Positions 38,175 through 48,594 of a stretch of DNA of 55,499 bases are shown in pieces (within the stretch, counting starts at the first letter, position 1; every line of letters starts with the position of its first letter). Position numbers and translations under genes: made by a program. Source of the stretch: Capsulimonadales bacterium. GTDB lineage: Bacteria > Armatimonadota > Armatimonadia > Armatimonadales > Armatimonadaceae. The stretch spans positions 1 to 55,499 of the forward strand of contig JANRLW010000025.1 of NCBI GenBank assembly GCA_033762295.1, read 5' to 3'. Under the pieces are notes generated by a model. It was not told the origin of the DNA. It was given only the letters and a program-made list of their open reading frames with translations, and searched no databases.

Positions 38175-39176
38175 ATGAATCGTTCAACCCTCACTCTGAT
38201 GACGGCCACAGCCGTCACCGCCGTCACCCTCTGCTTGACACTGGCCGCACCCCGCTTCGCTGGCAGCACCCCACCCCGTCCGGCGGTCCCCGTCGGTCCG
38301 TTCACCGTCAACGGCATCACCTGGGAATCGAAGGATTCGTTCGTGGCGAGCGGTTCCCGCTGCGGCACCCTCGAACCGACGGTCGATATCCGGTCGGCGA
38401 TCGATCGGAAAATGAACTACGAAGCGTCTCGCGGCCGCATCAACCTCCGGGCGGCGGGGTCCGTCACCGTTCAGGTTTACTGGCACGTGATCACCAACAC
38501 GTCCGGTCAGGGAAATGTCACCGACCAGCAGATCGCCAACCAGATCGCGGTTCTGAATGCGGCCTATGCGGGCAGGGACAGGTTGCGCAACGGCACGACG
38601 CCGAACGGCGCCGCTGCCGCCACCCCGTTCCGGTTCGTTCTGGCGAGCGTCGACCGGACCGCGAACAATACCTGGTATACCGTCACCCCGAACACCACCG
38701 CCGAACGGCAGATGAAAACGGCGTTGCGGCGGGGGAATGCGGCGGCGTTGAACATCTACAGCGCGAATGTCGGCGGAGGGCTTCTCGGCTGGGCGACCTT
38801 CCCGACCAGCTACGCCTCCAACCCGATCAATGACGGGGTCGTTCTGCTGAACGCCTCCGTTCCCGGCGGCACGGCCGCTCCCTACAATCTGGGCGATACC
38901 GCCACCCATGAGGTCGGGCACTGGCTCGGTCTGTACCACACCTTCCAGGGCGGCTGCTCCAATTCGAACGATAGTGTGTCGGACACGCCGGCCGAACGTC
39001 GCGCGTTCTACGGCATCTGGCCGCCGGTTCCCGACACCTGTACGGGCACCCGGTTCCCCGGTTCCGACCCGGTGGAGAACTTCATGGACTACACCGACGA
39101 CGCCTTTATGTACCGGTTTACCGCCGGACAGAGCACGCGGATGGACTCCTTCTCCCAGGTCTATCGCCGTCTGTAA
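38175..39176 (+). CDS. Secreted M43 zinc metalloprotease (ulilysin/pappalysin-like)
   Basis: HEVGHWLGLYH, ENFMDY Met-turn, RCGT cysteine switch, signal peptide. Confidence 0.92.
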   Translation: MNRSTLTLMTATAVTAVTLCLTLAAPRFAGSTPPRPAVPVGPFTVNGITWESKDSFVASGSRCGTLEPTVDIRSAIDRKMNYEASRGRINLRAAGSVTVQVYWHVITNTSGQGNVTDQQIANQIAVLNAAYAGRDRLRNGTTPNGAAAATPFRFVLASVDRTANNTWYTVTPNTTAERQMKTALRRGNAAALNIYSANVGGGLLGWATFPTSYASNPINDGVVLLNASVPGGTAAPYNLGDTATHEVGHWLGLYHTFQGGCSNSNDSVSDTPAERRAFYGIWPPVPDTCTGTRFPGSDPVENFMDYTDDAFMYRFTAGQSTRMDSFSQVYRRL

Positions 39177-39183
39177 TTCCGAC

Positions 39184-39211
39184 GAACGCCGACCCGGCCG
39201 GGTCGGCGTTC
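39184..39211. repeat. Perfect 28-bp palindrome (probable terminator hairpin)
   Basis: GAACGCCGACCCGG|CCGGGTCGGCGTTC. Confidence 0.75.
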
Positions 39212-39314
39212 ACCCTCCGTCGTCTCGTTTCGGCGTTGCATTCCCCTTTCGCCCCGTGGGATAATGCAGGACGGCGCACCGACGCTGCCGGACCGCCCAC
39301 CCAAGGAACGAGAC

Positions 39315-39794
39315 ATGAAAGAGATACTCCACATTCTGGAGCGGGACGCCCGCACCTCCCCTTCCCACATCGCCGCAATGACGGGCATCGACGAAGACGC
39401 GGTCGTCCGTATCATCGAGGACCTCGAGCAGAACGGCACGATCCGTTCCTACAAAAGCCGCATCGACTGGGAAAAGGCCGGCGACCCGCGCGTTTTCGCC
39501 TTCATCGATGTCGCCGTCCAGCCGGAACGGGGCAGCGGGTACGACCGGATCGCCGAGCGCATCTACCGCTATCCGGAGGTACACAGTGTCTACCTGGTCT
39601 CCGGCCAGCAGGATCTTCGCGTCGTGGTCGAAGGCAAGACCATGCAGGAGATTGCCAATTTCGTCGCGGAGAAGGTCGCCCCGGTCGAGGGTGTTCGCGG
39701 AACGACCACCAACTTCCTGCTGAAGAAGTATAAGGATGACGGAGTTATCTTCGCGGAAGCGGAATCCGATCGCCGACTGGCGGTGACACCATGA
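39315..39794 (+). CDS. Lrp/AsnC family transcriptional regulator
   Basis: ILHILERDAR HTH; VYLVSGQQDL RAM domain; AAGGA RBS. Confidence 0.92.
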   Translation: MKEILHILERDARTSPSHIAAMTGIDEDAVVRIIEDLEQNGTIRSYKSRIDWEKAGDPRVFAFIDVAVQPERGSGYDRIAERIYRYPEVHSVYLVSGQQDLRVVVEGKTMQEIANFVAEKVAPVEGVRGTTTNFLLKKYKDDGVIFAEAESDRRLAVTP

Positions 39795-40945
39795 AACCGC
39801 TGTCCCGCATCGTGGGCGAACTTCCCGCTTCCGGCATACGGCGTTTTTTCGATCTGGTCGCCGAAATGGAGGACGTGATCTCCCTCGGCGTCGGCGAACC
39901 GGACTTCATTACCCCCTGGCGTATCCGGGAAGCGGCCATCTACTCCCTGGAAACGGGGCACACCACCTATACCTCGAACTACGGTCTCCTCGAACTGCGG
40001 CAGGCGATCCGGGACAAGCTGTGCGAGCGGTACGGCGTCTCCTACGATCCGGCGCGGGAAATCCTGGTCACGGTCGGCGTCTCCGAAGCGCTCGATATCG
40101 CGTTTCGCGCGCTCCTGAATCCGGGAGATGAGGTTTTGATCCCGCAGCCCTGCTATGTCTCCTATGTCCCGTGTGCGGCGTTTGCGGGCGGCGTGCCGGT
40201 CCCGATCGGCACCTCGGCCGCCGACGGCTTCAAAATTTCGGCGGCCGCCCTGGCCGAACGGATCACGCCCCGGACAAAAGCGATCATGCTGTCCTATCCG
40301 TCCAATCCGACGGGCGCGACCATGGATCGGGGCGATCTGCAGTCCGTCGTCGATCTTGCCGTCGCACACGACCTGTATCTGATCAGCGACGAGATCTATG
40401 ATCGGCTGAGCTACGACCATCCCCATACGTCGGTCGCGTCACTGCCCGGCGCCCGGGAGCGGACGATCCTGCTGAACGGATTCTCGAAAGCCTACGCCAT
40501 GACCGGTTGGCGGATCGGGTATGCCTGCGCCCCCGCGCCCATTCTCGAGATGATGATGAAGATTCACCAGTATACGATGCTGTGCGCTCCGATTACCGCC
40601 CAGAAGGCGGCCCTCGAGGCGGTGCGGTATGCGGACCGGGATACCGAGGAGATGGTCGCCGACTATGACCGCCGCCGCCGGCTGTTCGTGACCGGCCTGA
40701 ACCGGATCGGTCTCGATTGTCCGCTTCCCGGCGGGGCGTTCTACGCCTTTCCCTCGATCCGGTCTACCGGACTGACCTCGGAGGAGTTTACGGAGCATCT
40801 CCTTCGCGAGGAACGGGTGCTCGTCGTTCCCGGAAGCGTCTTCGGCGAGGGCGGCGAGGGTCACGTCCGTTGCTGCTACGCGACCGCGACGGCGAAACTG
40901 GAAACGGCTTTGCAACGCATCGAAAACTTCGTGCGCCGCTTCTGA
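39791..40945 (+). CDS. Class I/II PLP aminotransferase
   Basis: SLGVGEPDF, PSNPTG, SDEIY and FSKAYAMTGWRIG motifs. Confidence 0.95.
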   Translation: MKPLSRIVGELPASGIRRFFDLVAEMEDVISLGVGEPDFITPWRIREAAIYSLETGHTTYTSNYGLLELRQAIRDKLCERYGVSYDPAREILVTVGVSEALDIAFRALLNPGDEVLIPQPCYVSYVPCAAFAGGVPVPIGTSAADGFKISAAALAERITPRTKAIMLSYPSNPTGATMDRGDLQSVVDLAVAHDLYLISDEIYDRLSYDHPHTSVASLPGARERTILLNGFSKAYAMTGWRIGYACAPAPILEMMMKIHQYTMLCAPITAQKAALEAVRYADRDTEEMVADYDRRRRLFVTGLNRIGLDCPLPGGAFYAFPSIRSTGLTSEEFTEHLLREERVLVVPGSVFGEGGEGHVRCCYATATAKLETALQRIENFVRRF

Positions 40946-40968
40946 CCTGCCGCTCGCCGCTTGTCCGC

Positions 40969-41001
40969 AACGCTCCCTTCCGTCGGAGGGGAGCGTTTTT
41001 T
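40969..41001 (+). terminator. Rho-independent terminator
   Basis: AACGCTCCCTTCC...GGAGGGGAGCGTT followed by a T run. Confidence 0.85.
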
Positions 41002-41101
41002 GTCGTCAATAATTTCAAAGGATTGAATACCGGCAATTTTGCGATGCCCCGTTCACTTTCCGGCTCCGATGATGGAAATGGCCGCGAAAAGGAAACGGAA
41101 A

Positions 41102-41734
41102 ATGAGACACACCGCCGGACTGAGCGTTCTGCTCGCCACCCTGTCGATCTTCGGGAAAGGATCGGACGCGCCCCACCCGATCGCGGGACTCCCCCGCGAA
41201 AACTACGCGTTCGAAAGCCATATTCGGCTTCGACGCTGGGACAAACCCCGGGTAACCCTGCATGTCGCCGACCCGGGAACCGGGATCGAACCCGGTGACG
41301 CGAAACGACGGACGGCACAGGCCGCGTCTCTCTGGAACGAAGCGACCGGGGACACGGTCTACCTTGTGGTGACGGAGGAGGCGGGAGCGGATATCACCGT
41401 CCGGTTCGTTCCGGCAAGTTCCCTGCCCCCGCAAGCGGTCGGTCGGACGACGACCCTTTTTCGGTCGGTTTCGGGAACGCTGGTAAGGGGAGAGGTCCGG
41501 GTCCGGGAGGATCTTTCGGAGGCGCAAAGCATCCAGGCGATCGCACACGAACTCGGTCATGCCCTGGGCATTCAGGGGCATAGCGACGAGCCACGCGACC
41601 TGATGTACTTTCGTTCCCACTTACCGGCGGTCGTTACCCGTGCCGACGCCAACACGCTGCGGATCGCGTACTCCGAAACCTTGCGTTCCGACCCGGACCG
41701 TCGGTCGGAGATCGACTCCGTCCCGCCGCATTGA
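41102..41734 (+). CDS. Matrixin-like M10 metalloprotease
   Basis: HELGHALGIQGH and DLMY Met-turn; start uncertain. Confidence 0.85.
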   Translation: MRHTAGLSVLLATLSIFGKGSDAPHPIAGLPRENYAFESHIRLRRWDKPRVTLHVADPGTGIEPGDAKRRTAQAASLWNEATGDTVYLVVTEEAGADITVRFVPASSLPPQAVGRTTTLFRSVSGTLVRGEVRVREDLSEAQSIQAIAHELGHALGIQGHSDEPRDLMYFRSHLPAVVTRADANTLRIAYSETLRSDPDRRSEIDSVPPH

Positions 41735-41759
41735 CGGGCAGTTTCGGACATGTTATACT
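41731..41759 (+). promoter_or_regulatory. Near-consensus sigma70 promoter
   Basis: TTGACG-17-TATACT with extended TG. Confidence 0.75.
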
Positions 41760-41814
41760 ATCCGACGGCGTTCTTTCGGGAGCGCCGTCGGTTTTCTGTT
41801 TCCAGGAAGAAATC

Positions 41815-42177
41815 ATGTCCAATCTACCCGCAGAAGCGGAGCGTGCGCCGATCGCTCACGCGGTTCAGGAGAAGGTGAACGAGTACCGTCTTCTGATCTC
41901 GCCGGTCGAACAGGCGATACGCGAACTGGAGTTGGCCCAGGGAATGCTGCGCGCCCGTGCCGAGGAAGAGATACACGCGCTCTCCCCGGCACTGGAAGCG
42001 CTTTCCGAAGCCCTCGGCATTTCGACCCTGGATCTCCTGCTGGCCAAGGATCGCGCCGCCTTTCTCCGGGAAGCGGTGGTTCGCTCCCAGGTGCCGGTCG
42101 AGGAGATTCGACGACGACTGCTGGAAGCGGGTGCGGGCGAGCAACTGCGGGCGTTAGGTTTGCCGGAGGCGGCATAG
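41815..42177 (+). CDS. Hypothetical helical protein
   Basis: ATG 41815 after AGGAAG; typical codon usage. Confidence 0.7.
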   Translation: MSNLPAEAERAPIAHAVQEKVNEYRLLISPVEQAIRELELAQGMLRARAEEEIHALSPALEALSEALGISTLDLLLAKDRAAFLREAVVRSQVPVEEIRRRLLEAGAGEQLRALGLPEAA

Positions 42178-42181
42178 TACT

Positions 42182-42724
42182 ATGGCAAGACAACCATCGA
42201 ACACACCTTTGATTATCGCGGTCGTTCTGGCGCTGGTTCTGCTTCTGGGCGCGAACATGATGGCACAGAACAATAACCCGGAAATTCAGGAACGTCTCGA
42301 AAAGGAAAGGGCGGAAAAGGAAGCGGCAAAGCAGGCCGAAAAGGGCGATTCTCAGGCCAAGGACAAAGAGTCCATGATGGAAAACGCGCCGGCAACGTCC
42401 GGCGATCCGTCGGACCTGGTCCTGTATGGCGAACGAAAGACGCTCGGCGAGAAGTCGGGCTTCCCGCGGATCGTCATCGGCTATTCCTGGACGCCGGCGA
42501 TCCAGCAAAACCCGTCCTCCATCACCAAAATCGCGCAGCAGTTGGAGAAACTGGTGCCGAAGGCATCCATTGAAGTGGTCAATATCGATAGCAACCCGGG
42601 TACTCCGGCCGGCGTCACCGTCAACGGGAAGCTGGAGGTGCCGGTGCGTCCGGACGGAACGCCGAATGTGGACGGGTCGTCCATGCGCGGCCTGATGGAA
42701 ACGGTCACTCGCGCCGCCCGATAA
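42182..42724 (+). CDS. Hypothetical membrane-anchored protein
   Basis: N-terminal TM, charged linker, small alpha/beta domain. Confidence 0.7.
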   Translation: MARQPSNTPLIIAVVLALVLLLGANMMAQNNNPEIQERLEKERAEKEAAKQAEKGDSQAKDKESMMENAPATSGDPSDLVLYGERKTLGEKSGFPRIVIGYSWTPAIQQNPSSITKIAQQLEKLVPKASIEVVNIDSNPGTPAGVTVNGKLEVPVRPDGTPNVDGSSMRGLMETVTRAAR

Positions 42725-42767
42725 TCCGACCGCCCCTCTTCGAAGCAAAAAATTAAGGAAAGCAACC

Positions 42768-43046
42768 GTGCCGAATATCAAGTCCGTCAAGAAAGACGTT
42801 ATCCGTTCCCGACAGCGCCAGGCGCGCAATCAGGCGGCGAAAAGCCGCATCAAGACGTTTGTCAAAAAGACCAATAATGCGATCGCGACCGGCGTTGCCG
42901 AAACGATCCTGCCCGTTCTGCATCAGACGGCCAGCGTCGTCGACAAAGCCGCCAAGCGCGGAATCATCCATCCGAACGCCGCCCGTCGGCGCAAATCCCG
43001 CCTGATGAGCCGCGCGGCCAAAGCCCTTCAATCGGCGACCGTCTGA
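42768..43046 (+). CDS. rpsT: 30S ribosomal protein S20
   Basis: PNIKS, KSRIKT and DKAAKRGIIHPNAARRRKSRL motifs. Confidence 0.97.
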   Translation: MPNIKSVKKDVIRSRQRQARNQAAKSRIKTFVKKTNNAIATGVAETILPVLHQTASVVDKAAKRGIIHPNAARRRKSRLMSRAAKALQSATV

Positions 43047-43062
43047 GCCCTTCCCGAATGCG

Positions 43063-43088
43063 TGCCCGGCGCTATTTTGAGCCGGGCA
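43063..43088. terminator. Hairpin between convergent rpsT and holA
   Basis: TGCCCGGC-N10-GCCGGGCA. Confidence 0.5.
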
Positions 43089-43117
43089 TCCCCCACCGGC
43101 GGATATGTCCGCCGATC

Positions 43118-44227
43118 TCAGCACAATTCCGTGACGAGACGCTGTAGCACGGCCTGCGGATTGTCTCCGCCCGGTTCGGCCCCCTTCAACGCCAGGTCGG
43201 CGGCCAGCAGACGCTCCATTCGGTAGGCCAGTTCCGCCGAGCTGAATTTTCGCGCCTGATTGACATACTTGTCGGCCATCCAGCGGGTTCGCGGATTGTT
43301 CAGAATACCGCCCGCGCCGTCCGCCGGGAGCAGGGCGAGCACCTCCGGCGTCACCGGTCCCGCGTTTCTCCCTGCCATTCGCATCTCGCCCAGATACCGG
43401 AACTGAGCGATCAAACGCATCTGCCGGGCCAGCAAAACGAGCGTTCGCGGCGCGACCGCTTCCGGTTTCTGACCACTTCGGAAAAGGGTCGCCACATGCC
43501 CGAGCGCCTCCTGCGGCTGGCGCATTCCGACCGCATCACAGAGTTTGAAGATCACATCGTCCGCGCCACGCGTCAATACCGCCTCGACATCGGCTCCGGT
43601 AATCGTCGGTGCGTCCCCGGCGTGGGCGGCCGCCTTTTCCATTTCGCTACGAACCCGGCCGACGTCATCGGCCGGCAACTGAGACAGGAGCGTCACGGCA
43701 TCCGACGAGAGCTGTTTCCCCAGTGCGCGTGCCTCGGCGATCAGGTAGGCCCGCAGGTCCTCCGCTTTCGGCAGGGCGAAATCCAGAACGATCCCCGACT
43801 TCCGAACCGCGTTGGCGAGTTCCGTCAGGACGACGCTCTGCTTTCGGACTTTGCCTTCCTCGACAATCGGCAGACCGGTATGCAGGATCAGGAAGCCGCT
43901 GGCCGGGATCTTTCCGAGCGCCTGCGCCAGACGCTTCTGCTCCTCCGTATCCATCTGCTGTGTATCCCGCACAAGGACGACCCGTTTGCCGCCGCCCAGG
44001 GGCACGGTGCTGACCCCGCCCAGCACACGGTCTGCGGTCGCGTTGTTGCCGTCCATCGTCTCCGCATCGAAATCGGCAAACGTCTCGTCGCTATGTTCCC
44101 GTATGAGGCGAAGCGCCTCGGCGTTCTTCCGGGCGGTTTCGGGACCGGTGAGCAGAATGACGCGCGGTTCGCCGTCCGTAACCGGCGGTTCGGACTTTCC
44201 GGAAGCGGCCTTAGCGCTACGCGCCAT
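43118..44227 (-). CDS. holA: DNA polymerase III delta subunit
   Basis: LLTGPE, P.GGGKRVVLV, EMEK, IFKLCDA and ADLALKG motifs; conserved adjacency to rpsT. Confidence 0.88.
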   Translation of the reverse strand: MARSAKAASGKSEPPVTDGEPRVILLTGPETARKNAEALRLIREHSDETFADFDAETMDGNNATADRVLGGVSTVPLGGGKRVVLVRDTQQMDTEEQKRLAQALGKIPASGFLILHTGLPIVEEGKVRKQSVVLTELANAVRKSGIVLDFALPKAEDLRAYLIAEARALGKQLSSDAVTLLSQLPADDVGRVRSEMEKAAAHAGDAPTITGADVEAVLTRGADDVIFKLCDAVGMRQPQEALGHVATLFRSGQKPEAVAPRTLVLLARQMRLIAQFRYLGEMRMAGRNAGPVTPEVLALLPADGAGGILNNPRTRWMADKYVNQARKFSSAELAYRMERLLAADLALKGAEPGGDNPQAVLQRLVTELC

Positions 44228-46436
44228 TTTTCCGCTCCTTCGTTTCGGGTCCTTTTCCGGCCGGTTTCCGGTAGTTTTTCAATGCCGCGCCCACGGCCTG
44301 ACCGGCCGCGCGTGCGCCGGACCGCTCCTCCTCCGACAGGGATTCCGGTCCGTAGAGTGCCCGTTCGGTCAGGACCGTCAGTGGCTGCATGGCCTCGGCG
44401 ACCCCGGCATCGAAATCCGTCCTCAGGTATCGGAGGTACTCCGAGGGCGTCATGGAGTCCGCGCGTCGGGCTCCCTTCCGGGCGATCTGTCGGACCGTGC
44501 GCAGGTAAAGGGCGACGACCTCGTTCGTGGGTCGGTGCGTTCTTCGACCGGCGAATGCGAAGCGCGGCGCGAATCGCCCGAGGAGTTCGTTCACCACGGC
44601 ATACAGAATCCCGAGGACGCCGACCCCGATCAGCAGGTAGGAGAGGCCGGACAGGCCCCAGAGGGTCTTGATCGTCTCCTTTTTCTTGACGGGTTCCGGG
44701 GTCTGCTCGGGCGCGTTGATCCCTGCCGTGTCGATGGTGGCATCGAAGGGTATCCATCCGTAATCGACAAAGTACACTTCGGCCCAGGCATGCAGGTCAC
44801 TTCCGCGCAACACATACCACTGGCGTGTATCCCCTTTCGCGACCGGAGAGACATTGGAGTCGGCGGTCGCCACCCGTCCGGGTGCGAACCCGGTCGCGAT
44901 CCGCGCCGGAATCCCGGCGTACCGGCAGAGGATCGCCATCGACGTTGCGTACAGGTCGCAGTAGCCCTCTCTGGAGTCGTTCAGAAAGAAGGCGGCCGCA
45001 TCCTTCTCGCGGGGGACCGCGCGCGCCTCCCGGGTATACAGACAGCGCGAGGAGATGAACCGCTGGATGGCGAGGGCACGGTCGTAGGGGTTCGCTCCCG
45101 CGCCACGTGTCGCCTCGGCGGCCAGCGCCTGTAGTTCCTGATTCGGCGCGCCCCGATCGAGGAAGCGCTCGGTGATTTCGGTGGGGTAGTCGGTGCGGGA
45201 CTTCTGCAGGTCCGCCGGGGTCGGTTCGGCAATCTCCGAATCGACTTCGTAATCGGACCCGAGTCCTCGCCCCGCATTGAGCGTGTTATCCTCGCGCAGA
45301 ATGATACGGTAGAGTGGCGCGCGAATCCGCCGTGGTTCCGCCGCATGGTACAGTGGCCCGAAAATTCCGCCGTTGAGATGGAACCGATGAGTGACGGTTC
45401 GTGCTTTGCGTCGAGGCTTCAGCAGTTCGGGAAGGTTGAACGTACTGAACTCCTCCCGCTCGGGCTGTCCTTCATCGGGAAAAATATCCTCGCCACCGCT
45501 GGGCAGAGTGGAGATCCAGCCCTTGCCGGTATACTGATCGAATGTTCGAGCACGCCAGTAGTGCGGTCCCTCGGTCAGCACGCTCATTCGCTCGCTCGGA
45601 TCGTCATCGACCGGCCCGAGGCCCACACGGAAATCGTTCAGGCTGTCAAAAATAAGGCGGGGGCGAACGGACGGACGGCGGATCGGAGTGGGCGCCACCT
45701 TCAGACGCTGGATAATGCTGTTGAGTGACAGGTTACGCCCGACCATCTGCACGGGAATAGCGATCAGAAAACCCAGAAGGATCGAACCTCCCCAGGCGAT
45801 GACCGCCATGATCGCCTGAGTACGCAACAGACGCCAGGACGCCGTCCGTTCCGGGTCGTCCTCAAGCGTTACCGCCGCGTTGCCGTTGCTCTGGGCCAGG
45901 GAGTTCTGATGGACCAGAAGGAAGGTCGCCGCCGCCAGAAAAACGACGAACGAGATGATCAGTTCCCGGTTGATGTTGATCGTCCCGGTCAGACCGATCA
46001 TCGCGATGGACCAGACACAGGAAAAGACGACCGCTTCATCGTTCAGCCAGAGGAAGGTACAGAAGGTGGCGGTGAACGCCAGCGCGGAAACGAGCAGGAC
46101 TTCCTGCATCGCCCGCGCCTCCTGAGGCATAATCAGGGCGAACAGTCCCGATCCGCGAATGGCATACAGGAACACCAGACCGACCAGAACGATGCCGAAC
46201 TGCATGAACCGGGGTGACGCGCCCTGTTTCCGCAGAAAAAAGGCCGTCGACGCCCCGATGATCGTCAACAAAATCGTAAAGTAGGCGAACGCCGGTTCGG
46301 CCACCTGGTAGGCGACCGCGGATAGGCCGGCGATCTGCGCAGCCGCCCCGGCCAGGTACAGAGGCAGCGACGCGGGCCGGGCTTCCTGGGGGCGCGGGCC
46401 TTTGCTCTCAGTCGTTTTCCCGAAGAAGATATTCAA
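44217..46436 (-). CDS. Membrane transglutaminase-like protein (TgpA-type: DUF3488 + transglutaminase core + DUF4129)
   Basis: GYCDLYAT, HAWAEVY and WIPFDAT triad; YWR and TFDQY motifs; TTG start at 46436 after GGAGG proposed. Confidence 0.88.
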   Translation of the reverse strand: MNIFFGKTTESKGPRPQEARPASLPLYLAGAAAQIAGLSAVAYQVAEPAFAYFTILLTIIGASTAFFLRKQGASPRFMQFGIVLVGLVFLYAIRGSGLFALIMPQEARAMQEVLLVSALAFTATFCTFLWLNDEAVVFSCVWSIAMIGLTGTININRELIISFVVFLAAATFLLVHQNSLAQSNGNAAVTLEDDPERTASWRLLRTQAIMAVIAWGGSILLGFLIAIPVQMVGRNLSLNSIIQRLKVAPTPIRRPSVRPRLIFDSLNDFRVGLGPVDDDPSERMSVLTEGPHYWRARTFDQYTGKGWISTLPSGGEDIFPDEGQPEREEFSTFNLPELLKPRRKARTVTHRFHLNGGIFGPLYHAAEPRRIRAPLYRIILREDNTLNAGRGLGSDYEVDSEIAEPTPADLQKSRTDYPTEITERFLDRGAPNQELQALAAEATRGAGANPYDRALAIQRFISSRCLYTREARAVPREKDAAAFFLNDSREGYCDLYATSMAILCRYAGIPARIATGFAPGRVATADSNVSPVAKGDTRQWYVLRGSDLHAWAEVYFVDYGWIPFDATIDTAGINAPEQTPEPVKKKETIKTLWGLSGLSYLLIGVGVLGILYAVVNELLGRFAPRFAFAGRRTHRPTNEVVALYLRTVRQIARKGARRADSMTPSEYLRYLRTDFDAGVAEAMQPLTVLTERALYGPESLSEEERSGARAAGQAVGAALKNYRKPAGKGPETKERKNGA

Positions 46437-47664
46437 GATTTCTGCCTCCGTCCTCCCAGGGAGAGTGTTGCGCGGTGACGACCCGCAGTTTGGCTCCGGC
46501 GATGGCGGGTGACAGCACACTGGGTCCACCGAACGATCCGGGTTCGAAAAAATAGACGGTGACCTCGTCCCCGCGTTGAATCCGGTTTCCCAGTACGCCG
46601 ATCAGGGTCGGGTCGCCCTGAGCGGTCAGGACAACAAAGTGTGAGCCATCGCCCGGACGGGCCGCCTGAAGGACATCGCCGATCGACGTCTCGGCATCGG
46701 ATCGAACCCGTGCCAGGAAATCGAACAGACGGAATCGGGAGGCGTCCGGGTCCCCTTCCCGCGGCTTGACCACGACCGTCCCGGTCTGCGCGATCAGGGT
46801 CACCCCGCCCCCGGCCGTCAGCGTCCGCGACGCCAGAGTGGCCGCCACCTTGACGGCGAATTCGAGCGTGGTGTTGCGTCCCTCGCCATACTCGGTCCCT
46901 TTGGCCAGATCCAGCACGAGGACGATATCCTGCTGATAGGCCCGTTCGTACTCCACCACGGCCAGGCGACCGGTTCGGGCCGTGGTCCGCCAGTGGACGC
47001 GCCGCAGAGGGTCGCCGGGACGGTACTCCCGGACGCCGTGAAACTCCAGTCCTTCGCCCCGCCGCGTCTTGCCGTCTCGCTCGCGCAGGCCGAACGTGCC
47101 TTCTCCGCCGATGACCGTATCCCGTGCCGGGATCGGTTCCGGCAGGACCGTGATTTCGGACAGGACCGGCAGATCCGCGGTGAACGTGAAGAGGCCGAGG
47201 GGATCGGTGGTCTCCAGGTGCGCCGGTCCGATCCGGTAGACGCCCCGCTTCTCGGGAACCAGCGCGTATTTCAGCGATCCGGACGTCCCGTCCCAGACAT
47301 CGAGCGGACGGGCCGTCATATCCCGGCGGCGGGCCAGGATGTCGGAATCGGTGGGTGTCAGAAACCGGGGCGTTTCATCGCCCAGACGCATCGCCGCCTG
47401 CGGCAAACCGCCTTCGGCGACCAGTTTCAGTTCGACATCGAACCGTCGTCCCTCCCGCACGGTCGTCGGATGCACACGCTCCGCCGTGAAGCGCGAGGTA
47501 AAAAAGTATGCCAGCATGTACGACGCCAGCGGCAAAACGGCCAGTGTCACCGCCATCAGGTAGAGATATTGAAGGTCCAGAAGAACGGCAACGATAAACA
47601 GAAAGATAAACGATAGCGTAATGACGATCGATTTGATGCCCGCCGCGCCACCTGCCCAGTTCAT
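46408..47664 (-). CDS. DUF58 domain protein
   Basis: RGVY, DPLGLF and [23 protein letters not shown] motifs. Confidence 0.92.
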   Translation of the reverse strand: MNWAGGAAGIKSIVITLSFIFLFIVAVLLDLQYLYLMAVTLAVLPLASYMLAYFFTSRFTAERVHPTTVREGRRFDVELKLVAEGGLPQAAMRLGDETPRFLTPTDSDILARRRDMTARPLDVWDGTSGSLKYALVPEKRGVYRIGPAHLETTDPLGLFTFTADLPVLSEITVLPEPIPARDTVIGGEGTFGLRERDGKTRRGEGLEFHGVREYRPGDPLRRVHWRTTARTGRLAVVEYERAYQQDIVLVLDLAKGTEYGEGRNTTLEFAVKVAATLASRTLTAGGGVTLIAQTGTVVVKPREGDPDASRFRLFDFLARVRSDAETSIGDVLQAARPGDGSHFVVLTAQGDPTLIGVLGNRIQRGDEVTVYFFEPGSFGGPSVLSPAIAGAKLRVVTAQHSPWEDGGRNLEYLLREND

Positions 47665-47743
47665 ACCGTTATTGTACCGTGTTTCACTGCGTACCTGACG
47701 TTCGCCGGGCCGCAACCGGGCGAATCGGTTCCGGCGAAATCAT

Positions 47744-48583
47744 TCAACCGTCCAGTCGAAGCGTCAGGCACTTTGCCGAGCCGCCCGACTTCAGGAACTC
47801 GGTCAACGGTGTCTCCCGGGTCGTCCACCCGCGTTCGCGCAGCCAGGCTTTGAGCGGGTCGGACGCCTGATGGAGCACAATCTCGGTCGACGAGACGGCG
47901 ACGGCGTTACAGGCGAACTCGATCGCGTCCGCTTCCGAAACGGCATGACGCCGGTCGGCGGGCACCCGTCGCACCACCTCCTGAACGGAGTTCCGGTCGA
48001 AAGCGTCCGGAAACCAGAGCAGATACCCGCCCGGTAAAGGGCAGAAGCAGGTATCCAGGTGATAAAAACGCGGGTCCATCAGGCGCAGCAGTACGGTCTC
48101 GATATCGAGGGTCTCGCCGAGGAAACGCTGTGCCGCCCGGTCGCTACGAAATCCGTGAGCGCACCATAACAGCGGCGTCCCATCCTCCTCCTGACCGAAC
48201 AGAGCATCCCCCGCGCCTTCGAAAAAGGTATGCGCCGGTGGTTCCCGCAGGACGAACCCCTTCGTTCGGAACCATTCCTCGTAGTGGGGTTCCTCTCCGC
48301 GCCGCTCCACCGGACGAAGCCGGGCCGGAACACAGATCGCTCCGCGTACCAGCGCCGCGTTCGCCGTGAACACCATATCGGGGAGTCCCGGCTTTGGGGC
48401 GAGCAGATGCACCCGTGCGCCGAGGGTTCCGGTGAGCAGTTCGTACAGTCCGTTCCACTGGCTTTGTGCGACCGGTGAAACGACGCTTCCTTCCTGCCCT
48501 TCCATCCAGGGGTTGATGACATACTCCACCCCGAAAAAGTCGGGGGGGCACATGAGAAACGTCGGCGGGGCGTTGACGCTCAT
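47744..48583 (-). CDS. Amidinotransferase-superfamily enzyme resembling the ArgZ/AgrE arginine dihydrolase domain
   Basis: FLMCPP, YVINPWMEG, PDMVFTAN, FEGAGD, FYHLDTCFCPL, FACNAV and TEFLKSGGSAKCLTL motifs. Confidence 0.85.
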   Translation of the reverse strand: MSVNAPPTFLMCPPDFFGVEYVINPWMEGQEGSVVSPVAQSQWNGLYELLTGTLGARVHLLAPKPGLPDMVFTANAALVRGAICVPARLRPVERRGEEPHYEEWFRTKGFVLREPPAHTFFEGAGDALFGQEEDGTPLLWCAHGFRSDRAAQRFLGETLDIETVLLRLMDPRFYHLDTCFCPLPGGYLLWFPDAFDRNSVQEVVRRVPADRRHAVSEADAIEFACNAVAVSSTEIVLHQASDPLKAWLRERGWTTRETPLTEFLKSGGSAKCLTLRLDG

Positions 48584-48594
48584 GGAATCCCTTT

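Noticed and set aside
39315..40945. Lrp-aminotransferase pair as a novel system
   Set aside because: Well-known conserved pairing (B. subtilis yugG-yugH type)
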